A DNA stretch of 64,000 nt, taken from IMG/VR virus record IMGVR_UViG_3300010354_000046, positions 64,001-128,000 of that record; one strand, written 5' to 3'. This DNA comes from a virus. Position numbers and translations under genes: made by a program. This document shows positions 27,981-36,739 of this stretch, piece after piece (position 1 is the stretch's first letter; every line of letters starts with the position of its first letter). A model generated the notes under the pieces. The model ran no database searches, was not told the origin of the DNA, and saw only the letters and a program-made list of their open reading frames with translations.

Positions 27981-28922
27981 ATGAAAAGAAACACAGCATT
28001 TTTAATCAATGGCGGAGCGGGGCGTGTACTGAGTTCCATTCCTGCTTTCGAACTTTACGAAAAAGAAAATCCCGAGGATAATTTTATCATTGTTGTTGAA
28101 GGATTTATGGAGTTATTTAAAGGGCATCCAACTTTATATAAAAGATGTTACGAGTTTAGTCATCGTAATTTATTTGAAGATAAACTACGAGATATGAATT
28201 ATTTTCAGCCTGAGCCTTACCAAGTATGGGAATACTATAATCAAAAAGCTACAATTTCTCAAGCATTTGATATTGCTATTAATAAAAAGGGGCTTCGAGA
28301 AGTACCTAAGCCCACTATTGCTCTTACCACAGAAGAAAATTTAGGGGGCGCTGAAACTCTAAAAAATATTCGCAAAGACTTCAATAATAAAAAAGCCATA
28401 GTTATTCAACCCTTTGGAAGAGGGTCAAATATGAATCATCATGCTCATAATATCGATATGGGCGGTCGATCATTTATGCCCGAACATGCTGCCAAACTGA
28501 TCAAACGCCTACAGAAAAAATATTGTGTTATTGTTATGGACGAAAAACAACACGATTTTAAAGCATTAGGATGTGAAGACGTTGTTGTACAGATGACAGG
28601 AATGACTTTACGTCGATGGATGGGCGTTATTAACTCTGCTAGCTACTTTGTCGGCTGCGATAGTATTGGTCAGCACATTGCGTATGCCTTAGGAAAACCG
28701 GCTACAATTATCATTGGGTCAACATTTAAAGAAAATGTGTCGTACCCTAACGCTAAGAATTTTAATATTATTGACCTAGGTGAAGGCCGTAAAATGTACA
28801 GCCCTATTAGAATGTGTTTTAATGAAATTGCAGATGTTAACAACGATAAACTAATGCACTTAAAAGATTCAGATTATGATAAAATTGTTGCTTCTATCGA
28901 AAACGGAATGAATAAGGTATGA
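27981..28922 (+). CDS. GT9-like glycosyltransferase (heptosyltransferase-like)
   Basis: N-terminal GGAGR, IVIQPFG, FVGCDS..QHIAYALGKP..I.GS. Confidence 0.72.
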   Translation: MKRNTAFLINGGAGRVLSSIPAFELYEKENPEDNFIIVVEGFMELFKGHPTLYKRCYEFSHRNLFEDKLRDMNYFQPEPYQVWEYYNQKATISQAFDIAINKKGLREVPKPTIALTTEENLGGAETLKNIRKDFNNKKAIVIQPFGRGSNMNHHAHNIDMGGRSFMPEHAAKLIKRLQKKYCVIVMDEKQHDFKALGCEDVVVQMTGMTLRRWMGVINSASYFVGCDSIGQHIAYALGKPATIIIGSTFKENVSYPNAKNFNIIDLGEGRKMYSPIRMCFNEIADVNNDKLMHLKDSDYDKIVASIENGMNKV

Positions 28923-29527
28923 CGTCATTTGAAATTATTCCTTTATTTCCTCAAGCGTTATATAGGGCTGTTTTTCGGCCCTTAACTTCCACTGAGATTG
29001 AAATAATTGATAATTTCCCTGTTGAAAAGCAACAGTTGGGTAATCATACTAGTCATGTACCTTACTTTTTAAACGAACCTGGATTAGAAAATTTAAAAAA
29101 AGATTTAGAAGAGCATATCGATACATATGTAAGAGAAATAATGAAAGTTGACTACAATGTGTATATTACCAATTCTTGGAAAAATTTAACCAAGCCCGGT
29201 GAGCAGCATATGATACACAACCATTCAAACAGCATTATTTCTGGATGTTTGTACCTAAGATCGAGTCACATCCAACCTACTATATCTTTTACTAGAGGAA
29301 ATTTTCCTTATCTGCTTGCATTTGAGCCAACAGAATTTACGCCATTTAACGCATTAGAGTGGACCATTCCGGTTGAGGATAACAATATTATTTTATTCCC
29401 GTCAACTATGCATCATTGTGTAAAGACCAATCAAAGTAACAAAGAAAGAATGAGTCTTGCATTTAATACATTTGTTAGAGGTAACATCAGGACTCAATAT
29501 ACAGGAGCAGATTTAATCTTAAAATAA
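28919..29527 (+). CDS. Putative 2OG-Fe(II) oxygenase (TIGR02466-like)
   Basis: PLFP, SW.N, HNHSNSIISGCLY, FPS.MHHCV, RMSLAFN. Confidence 0.85.
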   Translation: MTSFEIIPLFPQALYRAVFRPLTSTEIEIIDNFPVEKQQLGNHTSHVPYFLNEPGLENLKKDLEEHIDTYVREIMKVDYNVYITNSWKNLTKPGEQHMIHNHSNSIISGCLYLRSSHIQPTISFTRGNFPYLLAFEPTEFTPFNALEWTIPVEDNNIILFPSTMHHCVKTNQSNKERMSLAFNTFVRGNIRTQYTGADLILK

Positions 29528-29530
29528 ATT

Positions 29531-31321
29531 ATGAAAAAACCTATTTGGATTGCAGCAATTACTAGAGGGCATAATGCCAGTGTATGTTTACTAAAAGACG
29601 GAGAAATTGTTTTTAGTATTGAAGAAGAGAGATTAAGTCGACACAAATATGACGGCGGTCCTTTTGCTTCGATGATAAAAATTTTAGAATATACGGATAA
29701 ACTTGATTATCTTGTTGTTGCACACACTCAAACATTAGACGACACCGCAGGAAAAATTGACTTCACTGGAGATAACGTTTATACAGGTCTTGCAAGAAAA
29801 CTAGGATTAATCAATCGCAAAGAAAACATTTATAAACATCCACAAGTTATTGATTTAAGTCATATACACCATAAACTTCATGCTGCTTGTGCATTTTATC
29901 GAAGTGGTTTTGAAAATGCAGTTGCAGTTATTGTAGATGGCGCAGGAACATTTTTACCGTTAAGTGTAAACAACGAAGCAGTAATTGGCTGGGAAACAGA
30001 AAGTCTTTACGACTGTTCCTACCCTAGTAATTTTACAACATTATATAAACACATTGGGCTACGAGGACCTAATTCTGGTATGTTAGTTAAGAATTTTGAT
30101 AGTTCAATGTATGACGAGCCTGGTAAAACACACGAAGCGTTTATCACAGACCGTGCAGGTATTACTAAAGTATACGAAGCAGTTACCCAGTACTGTGGAT
30201 GGAGCCCTATTGAAGCCGGTAAAACTATGGGGTTATTTCCATATGGTAACAAAACAGACAAGATACCTAAGTTATTTGACGAATCAAGTGTAAGGCCGGT
30301 ATCGAACAGAAACCTTATTGTTCCTACTTATCCTAACGGTGCTGTGGTTAATCATGGCTTGTTTGAGTATTTAAATGAGCACGAAGCACAAGACATTACA
30401 TATCTTGATAACCGTCGAGACTTAGCTTATGCCTGTCAAACACAAACTCAAGAACAGTCGCTTAAATTAATAAAATATGCTGTTGAAAAAAGCGGGAATA
30501 AAAATGTAGTGTTTAGTGGAGGTTACGGTTTAAATTGTGTTGCCAATTACTATTATCTAAATGAGCTTAGAAAAGACGGTATTAACTTCTACGTTGAACC
30601 TATTAGTAATGATGCTGGAACAGCGATTGGTGCAGCATTAATGTGGTGGCACAAACTTACTAATGATTGTACTATTAGAAAAGGAAAAACACTTTATCTT
30701 GGTCCTAAAAAAACTTATAGTAATGAAGAAATTTATAAGGAAGTTAACAAAGCAAATGTACAGATAAAAGATGCATCTTATGCAGACATTGTCAAGCTGT
30801 TAACAGAAAAAAACATTGTTACACTATTCCAAGGATCTAGTGAAAACGGTCCAAGAGCATTAGGAAATCGTAGTGTACTATTTGACCCTAGGTTTGCAGA
30901 TGGTAAAGACTATGTTAATAATGTAAAACACAGAGAATATTTTAGGCCGTTTGCAGGCAGTATTTTACAAGAATTTGTACACGAATGGTTTGATTTACGT
31001 GGCATGGAGGACACTCCTTTTATGATGTATGCTGTAAATTGCCAACCAGGAGTAGAAGAAAAAATACCAAGTATCATTCATGTCGACGGAACTTGTCGTA
31101 TACAAACAGTAACACAAGAACAAAATTATCATTACTATAATTTGATTAAAGAATTTTATAATCAAACAGGATGTCCAATTATCTTTAATACTAGTTTTAA
31201 CTTAGGTGGTGAACCATTAGTTGAAACATTAGAAGATGCTATATGGACCTTAACAAATTCGGACATTGAATATTTGTTCTTACCTGAGTATAATAAATTA
31301 ATCATTGTTAAAAATAAATGA
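29531..31321 (+). CDS. Carbamoyltransferase (NodU/CmcH/TobZ family)
   Basis: EEERLSR.K, HH.LHA..AF, VDGAG, GK.MGL, GG.GLNCVAN, DAG.AIGA, GPRALGNRS, K.RE.FRPFA, HVDGT.R.QTV, NTSFN. Confidence 0.95.
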   Translation: MKKPIWIAAITRGHNASVCLLKDGEIVFSIEEERLSRHKYDGGPFASMIKILEYTDKLDYLVVAHTQTLDDTAGKIDFTGDNVYTGLARKLGLINRKENIYKHPQVIDLSHIHHKLHAACAFYRSGFENAVAVIVDGAGTFLPLSVNNEAVIGWETESLYDCSYPSNFTTLYKHIGLRGPNSGMLVKNFDSSMYDEPGKTHEAFITDRAGITKVYEAVTQYCGWSPIEAGKTMGLFPYGNKTDKIPKLFDESSVRPVSNRNLIVPTYPNGAVVNHGLFEYLNEHEAQDITYLDNRRDLAYACQTQTQEQSLKLIKYAVEKSGNKNVVFSGGYGLNCVANYYYLNELRKDGINFYVEPISNDAGTAIGAALMWWHKLTNDCTIRKGKTLYLGPKKTYSNEEIYKEVNKANVQIKDASYADIVKLLTEKNIVTLFQGSSENGPRALGNRSVLFDPRFADGKDYVNNVKHREYFRPFAGSILQEFVHEWFDLRGMEDTPFMMYAVNCQPGVEEKIPSIIHVDGTCRIQTVTQEQNYHYYNLIKEFYNQTGCPIIFNTSFNLGGEPLVETLEDAIWTLTNSDIEYLFLPEYNKLIIVKNK

Positions 31322-31833
31322 TACAACATTTTTCAGAATTTGTTGAGCCGTGGCTGCATAACAAAGCTAAAGAACAATTGCTGAGTCCTATGCTGGACTG
31401 GAATTTTCCTACATTTGGTGGTCAAGATACTGATATAAAGTATGCTTGTTTTGGTAGATGTGCTCTAAATTTAAGTAAAAATTATGTAAACTGGAATAGA
31501 GTTGAATCGTTAACTTATGTGTTAGATAACTGGTTAGAGCGTAACAAGAATTGGTTTCAAGTTGATCTTGTCGGTAGATGTATAATGAATTTTTATACTC
31601 CGGGCCAGCAAACAGAGTGGCACACAGATAATACTTATAACATGCCAGGACTTTATAGCCTACTGTATTATGTAAATGATGCTGACGGTGGAACAGAATT
31701 TAAGGATCACAAATATTACCACCAGGAAAACACAGGAATATTGTTCGATTCTTATACATTGCATAGACCAATAGTATCTACGGTGCCCCGAAGAATAAGT
31801 GTAAGTTGGATAATTCAAGGACGAGTATTATGA
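31318..31833 (+). CDS. 2OG-Fe(II) oxygenase (prolyl-hydroxylase-like)
   Basis: WHTD, YYVNDADGGTEF, distal H, RISVS. Confidence 0.8.
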   Translation: MIQHFSEFVEPWLHNKAKEQLLSPMLDWNFPTFGGQDTDIKYACFGRCALNLSKNYVNWNRVESLTYVLDNWLERNKNWFQVDLVGRCIMNFYTPGQQTEWHTDNTYNMPGLYSLLYYVNDADGGTEFKDHKYYHQENTGILFDSYTLHRPIVSTVPRRISVSWIIQGRVL

Positions 31834-33017
31834 AAGTTGCAGTATTGGGCGTGGGCACAGCTGGAATTATGTCGCTGTGTCATGCATTACGATGGTTATG
31901 TCCAAAAGACAGTACTGTAACTTCAATATATGATCCCAAGTTTCCAATTTTAGGAATTGGAGAAACATCTCAACCTGGATTCCAAACTTTATTATTTGAG
32001 TCAACCGGTTTCACTTTTTTAGACGATGCTGATAAATTGGATGCAACCATTAAATTAGGTGGAATGTGGAAGAATTGGAGAGACGATGACTTTAATGCGT
32101 GTCTTACTGCACCATCTTATGCTATACATTTTAATAATTTTAAATTGAAAGAATTTTGTTTTTCGAGGTTTAATAAAAAATACCAAAGTAAATTTTTAGT
32201 ATCCGAAGGTAACATAGACAGTATAACTAATGCAGGAACTTGTGTGCTAGTAGTTGTCGACGGCATAGAATATCAATACGACTATGTTATTGATTGTAGA
32301 GGTTATCCTACAGACCTGAGTGAATACTATGTTGTTGAAACTCCAACTGTAAATAGTGCATTGGTAAACATAATTAATGAACCGGGTACATGGAACGCTA
32401 CTGTTAACCAAGCTACAAAGAACGGCTGGATGTTCGGGCTACCTTTACAAACAAGACAAGGGTGGGGATATCTATATAATGATAAACTTACTACAAAAGA
32501 AGAAGCAATAAAAGATATTGAAGAAATCTTTAATAAAGAGAACATAGAATTAAAAGAATTTAAATTTAACAGTTATCATGCTAATACATTTTTTGACGGT
32601 AGAATTTTAAAAAACGGAAACAGGGCGTTCTTTTTTGAACCAATAGAAGGGCAGGCGGGATTTTTTTACGAAATCGCCTTGCGGTATCTTGTAGATTATG
32701 TGTATGGCCAGTGTTCTGTAGCAGATGTTAACAGACACCTTTTAGATGCAGCAAAAGATTTAGAATTATTCATTAATTTTATATATCACGGCGGCAGTAA
32801 GTTTCAAACAACTTATTGGAGTCATATATCAAAAGTGGCTAGAGAAAAACTAAACAACAACGAAAAATGGAATTATATTGTTTCTACCGTGAATAATTAT
32901 TTAAAATTTGGTGGGCAAGAGCCGCCAACTAACACTATAGGTCGTTGGAGTGTTCACCACTGGAAAATGTGGGATAAAAAGTTAGGCTATAATTATTTTT
33001 ATGATAAAAACATTTAA
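31830..33017 (+). CDS. Short, divergent flavin-dependent halogenase-like protein 4
   Basis: Start MKVAVLGVGTAG at 31830 (ATGA overlap); GIGETS, ATIKLG, GWMFGLP, FFEPIEG. Confidence 0.8.
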   Translation: MKVAVLGVGTAGIMSLCHALRWLCPKDSTVTSIYDPKFPILGIGETSQPGFQTLLFESTGFTFLDDADKLDATIKLGGMWKNWRDDDFNACLTAPSYAIHFNNFKLKEFCFSRFNKKYQSKFLVSEGNIDSITNAGTCVLVVVDGIEYQYDYVIDCRGYPTDLSEYYVVETPTVNSALVNIINEPGTWNATVNQATKNGWMFGLPLQTRQGWGYLYNDKLTTKEEAIKDIEEIFNKENIELKEFKFNSYHANTFFDGRILKNGNRAFFFEPIEGQAGFFYEIALRYLVDYVYGQCSVADVNRHLLDAAKDLELFINFIYHGGSKFQTTYWSHISKVAREKLNNNEKWNYIVSTVNNYLKFGGQEPPTNTIGRWSVHHWKMWDKKLGYNYFYDKNI

Positions 33018-33513
33018 TAAATTTGTACCCGATTGGCTACACCGCCGGGCGCATGAACAGTTACTAAGCCCGTATGTAGATTGGCACTTTCCTGGAAACG
33101 GGGGCTATTACGGTGACATCGATAAAGCATGTTTTGCTAAATTGTTGTTTGATGAAGAGCGAAATTATTCAGATTTTTCAGGAGTTGATTCTTTAGTTTA
33201 TGTGCTAGAATCTTGGTTAGATCAAAATAAAAGTTGGTTTAAATTTGAAAGATTGAACCGTTGTATATTAAATTTTTATACACCGGGTATGACTATCGGA
33301 TGGCATACAGATCACTCTAATTCTAGGTACCATACATTAATTTATTATGTAAATGACAGCGACGGAGGAACTGAGTTCGAGACTGTCAAAGTCCCACATA
33401 GAGAAAATTCCGGTGTTATATTAAAATCAAAGGACTCACATAAAAATATGGAGTCCTCTGTTCCGCGACGCATAAGTGTCGCATGGATTTTAGTCGGCGA
33501 TATTATGGATTAG
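33001..33513 (+). CDS. 2OG-Fe(II) oxygenase (prolyl-hydroxylase-like), paralog of 31318
   Basis: WHTD, YYVNDSDGGTEF, distal H, RISVA. Confidence 0.8.
   Translation: MIKTFNKFVPDWLHRRAHEQLLSPYVDWHFPGNGGYYGDIDKACFAKLLFDEERNYSDFSGVDSLVYVLESWLDQNKSWFKFERLNRCILNFYTPGMTIGWHTDHSNSRYHTLIYYVNDSDGGTEFETVKVPHRENSGVILKSKDSHKNMESSVPRRISVAWILVGDIMD
33503..33511 (+). repeat. 9-bp direct repeat TTATGGATT, right border of the island
   Basis: Identical copy at 20682-20690. Confidence 0.6.
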
Positions 33514-34030
33514 TAGCTTTGCCCCACTTGTCCTCAGGATTCCAAGGTGCTTTGGGCCAAGGTACTCCAAGATGGCTTTTAAGTTTTGTCAAATCAATAT
33601 TATCTGTCATATCTCTTAGAGCCTGTCGATAATCGGCCCATGCTTGCTTATCTTCTGGACTCAGTGGACTATCAGGCATTTGTGTCCAATCACTCGTAAC
33701 AAATTTATGTAATCGTTGTCCGTGTATCCATCGGCGATATTTTTCTCCCGGGCTAATTTCTGTAAATACCCAAGTTTGTTCAATACTACCATCAGGATTT
33801 TTTACAATTTCTCCCGGAGCAACTTCTTCCCATTCTTCTACTATCGGAGGATAGGCGTTTTTAATTTCGACAATACTTTGAGAAGCCAGTAACCCAGGAG
33901 TTAACTCGTTGAAAGTCAACACCCTGGTTTGAGGATCTTCAATAGCAAATAAATGTCTTACATTTTCTTCGATTAAGGGAGGGCCCGATGGCAACCCGTC
34001 TTCGTCAATGTACGTGTAAAGTTTCTGCAT
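33503..34030 (-). CDS. Phage tail fibre assembly chaperone
   Basis: SDWTQMPDSPL...WADYRQALRD...WP motif; directly downstream of the fibre gene. Confidence 0.8.
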   Translation of the reverse strand: MQKLYTYIDEDGLPSGPPLIEENVRHLFAIEDPQTRVLTFNELTPGLLASQSIVEIKNAYPPIVEEWEEVAPGEIVKNPDGSIEQTWVFTEISPGEKYRRWIHGQRLHKFVTSDWTQMPDSPLSPEDKQAWADYRQALRDMTDNIDLTKLKSHLGVPWPKAPWNPEDKWGKATNP

Positions 34031-34061
34031 TCATAACTCCATTATACGTTATATTTAAAAA

Positions 34062-36386
34062 TTAACCCGATGAATTAGGGTAAGTTCTGGTTGCTGGCCA
34101 TACAATTCGAACGGCGCCTTTGCCGCCCCAACCTCCTCCGTGTGATGTGCCACCGCCGCCACCACCGCCACCATAGAAGCCACCGCAATTATAACCATGG
34201 CCGTTACCGTTAGCCCATGGCTCGCCTGCAAGTCCGCATGTTCCGTTAGATCCAAACTGGCCGCCAGTTCCTGTAGAATGCCCGTTAAACGGACTGCCGC
34301 AAGCACCGTTATTACCTTGAGCACAAATGCCAGTGCCACCGCCACCACCAGTTCCATAAGTTGAACTATGATGTGAGCCAGCTGATCCGCCACCGCCGTA
34401 GCATCCAGTGTGGCCAGAGTTACTATACCAGCACTGATTTGGACCGTAGCCACCACCGCCACCACCGCCACCAGCGGTGTTAGGGAATGTAATAGTTCCT
34501 GGCCCGCCTGGCCCGCCATTACAGCCACAACCGGTACAGCAACCGCAATGTCCGCCGCCACCAATAATACCTGGGAAGCATGAATATCCGCCAGCTGATT
34601 GACTCCAGCAGCCGCCGTTACCAACTTGAACGGTATAGCTTGAGCCGCTGCTAACAGAAATACTATTTTGATATGTTAATCCGCCGCCGCCGCCGCCACA
34701 AACAGCCCAGCCGTAATAGCCTCCACCGCCAGCACCAATAACAGCAACGTTAACAGAGTTAACACCAGCTGGAGCGGTCCATGTATATGATTGTGTACCA
34801 CCGTTTTGGTTAGATTGGGCACCTTCATATAAGCTAGCACCTGGTGGAGGAGGGGCAATACTAAATGCTGAAATAACGCAAATACATTGGAAACACATAC
34901 AGAATCCGCAGCCGCAACTTAAACACTGGCAGCATAGCGCACTTTGTCCGCTAACTTGTAAGTAACCTAATGTACCATGGCTTGTTAAGCTAGAAGCTGT
35001 AACGTTAGATGCTAGTGTACCGCCTTGGATACAGCAAGCAACTGTTGTGTTAGCACACACAGAACAGTTAACGTTAAAGTTACTTGGGTTCCAAACATAA
35101 GCATCGCTTGAACTGTTTGCTCCCCATAACCATGTTGGTTGTCCAGACTGTCCGTTCCAGTGGAATGCTTGTGTTGTACTATCGTTATACAAGCGACCTG
35201 CTGTACATGCACATCCACCAATGTTCATACTTGCTGCTAAACCGCTAAAGTTAGTAGCAGTAAATGTTGGAGCAGCTCCGCTGTTGATGTTTTGTGGTAA
35301 GCTAATTGTAATATTACCAGTTGCTGCACTAACGCTAACTTGGTTAGTTGTACCAGCTAAACTTAGTACACCAGTATTTGTTAGTGTAACAGATCCACTT
35401 GGGCCACTAATTGTACCACCACCAGACATACCTGTGCCAGCACTGACTGTTACACTGGTTAACACACGATTGTTATTGTCAGTAACGTTGCTACTAAAGC
35501 TACCAGTTGTTGCACTAATACCAGCACCAAAAGTTCCTGAGCTAGCAACGTTTAAGATGCCGCCTGCACGAATGTTTTCACTTACACCTAACCCACCAGT
35601 AATTACTAACGAACCGGTAGAAGTACTTGAACTACCAATGTTTGCAGTAATATTAGACTGTGCATTAGCTTGAAATGTTGTAAAGTTACCTGCTGCTCTT
35701 GTAGTAGCACCAATACGCATATTATCAATATCGCCCGTGCCGCCAGAACTGATAGTAATTGCAGCACTACCTGTTGTAGTATGACTTTGGTTGTTTGCGC
35801 CAGTGTTAGCAACAATTGCACCAGTAAATGTAGCTGTACTGTTAGCGGCCAATGTTGTAAATGCACCAGTACCACGTGTAGTAGCACCAATGTTCACATT
35901 ATCCATTGTACCAGTACCAGCAGATGTAATTGTAACACTACCGCCTGTTGATGGAGTAATTGTAACGTTTGAACCACTTGGGTTCATTGTGATTGGGCCA
36001 CCGTTTGCAGTAAACCCGCCGTTCATGTTAACAGCACCACTAAATGTAGCACCAGTACGAGTAATATTTCCACCCTCGTTGTTTGTTACCATGTAATTAG
36101 TACCATCAGATACTATTGTAAATGATGAGTTATGGGGAATTGTTTGCGATGTTGCGGATGTAAATCCGTTACCCATAATAACACCAGTTGGCGTTGTAAT
36201 TGTACAGTTGCCTCCTGTGTTATTATAAAATGTTTGTGACCAACCTTGAGAATATGCTGGTGTAACTACTGTTACAGCATATCCCGGTGTTCCGGTCATT
36301 GTTATGATGCTACCATTGATTGCATATGTAAACGTGGTAGCACCGGTAACAGTTAAGTATAACGATACTGTATTATAACGTGCCAT
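34062..36386 (-). CDS. Tail fibre protein with Cys-rich and Gly-rich C-terminus
   Basis: T/G/S-rich fibre repeats (IDN.RIGATT, GSLVITGGLGV), WTAPAGV..V...IGAGGGG...GAVRIVW Gly-rich domain; followed by the chaperone gene. Confidence 0.8.
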   Translation of the reverse strand: MARYNTVSLYLTVTGATTFTYAINGSIITMTGTPGYAVTVVTPAYSQGWSQTFYNNTGGNCTITTPTGVIMGNGFTSATSQTIPHNSSFTIVSDGTNYMVTNNEGGNITRTGATFSGAVNMNGGFTANGGPITMNPSGSNVTITPSTGGSVTITSAGTGTMDNVNIGATTRGTGAFTTLAANSTATFTGAIVANTGANNQSHTTTGSAAITISSGGTGDIDNMRIGATTRAAGNFTTFQANAQSNITANIGSSSTSTGSLVITGGLGVSENIRAGGILNVASSGTFGAGISATTGSFSSNVTDNNNRVLTSVTVSAGTGMSGGGTISGPSGSVTLTNTGVLSLAGTTNQVSVSAATGNITISLPQNINSGAAPTFTATNFSGLAASMNIGGCACTAGRLYNDSTTQAFHWNGQSGQPTWLWGANSSSDAYVWNPSNFNVNCSVCANTTVACCIQGGTLASNVTASSLTSHGTLGYLQVSGQSALCCQCLSCGCGFCMCFQCICVISAFSIAPPPPGASLYEGAQSNQNGGTQSYTWTAPAGVNSVNVAVIGAGGGGYYGWAVCGGGGGGLTYQNSISVSSGSSYTVQVGNGGCWSQSAGGYSCFPGIIGGGGHCGCCTGCGCNGGPGGPGTITFPNTAGGGGGGGGYGPNQCWYSNSGHTGCYGGGGSAGSHHSSTYGTGGGGGTGICAQGNNGACGSPFNGHSTGTGGQFGSNGTCGLAGEPWANGNGHGYNCGGFYGGGGGGGGTSHGGGWGGKGAVRIVWPATRTYPNSSG

Positions 36387-36401
36387 TTTTTATCCTAATC
36401 C

Positions 36402-36722
36402 TTATGATGTTGAAGTTTCAATACCATAAACGGTGCAGCCAACGTTAGCTGCGCTTGAATATACTACAATATTTAGTCCAGCATTTAATACCAAACCTGT
36501 ACGCTCAAATACACCAAGCGGAACAATAACTGTATCATACTCAATGTACTCTTGTGCATTAGGTGTTGCTGTTGTAGAAATTGCTAGTCGTATTGTACAT
36601 GCGGTAGTATTTCTATTTGTTAATGAGACATTCAGTACAGTATAGTACCCTGTTGGTACTGTATAAACTGTAGTTAGCGTAGTTGCTGGAACCGCCGAAA
36701 CGCCTAATCTTCCTGTTGCCAT
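36402..36722 (-). CDS. Small virion structural protein
   Basis: TVYTVP, YIEYD, ERTGLVL; similar in size and pattern to 55310..55660. Confidence 0.7.
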   Translation of the reverse strand: MATGRLGVSAVPATTLTTVYTVPTGYYTVLNVSLTNRNTTACTIRLAISTTATPNAQEYIEYDTVIVPLGVFERTGLVLNAGLNIVVYSSAANVGCTVYGIETSTS

Positions 36723-36739
36723 GTTTTATTTCTCCAATT

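Noticed and set aside
20682-33513. Island as host contamination or a classical secondary-metabolite cluster; also cyanophage assignment from the halogenase and oxygenase content
   Set aside because: The island overlaps phage genes at both ends and has no scaffold synthase, transporter or regulator. No photosynthesis or other host-diagnostic genes are present in the window.
34055-34624. 189-aa Val/Ala-rich alternative-frame ORF inside the fibre gene (possible frameshift product)
   Set aside because: It is the expected by-product of repeated GGT/GGC Gly codons; no SD or slippery site was seen.
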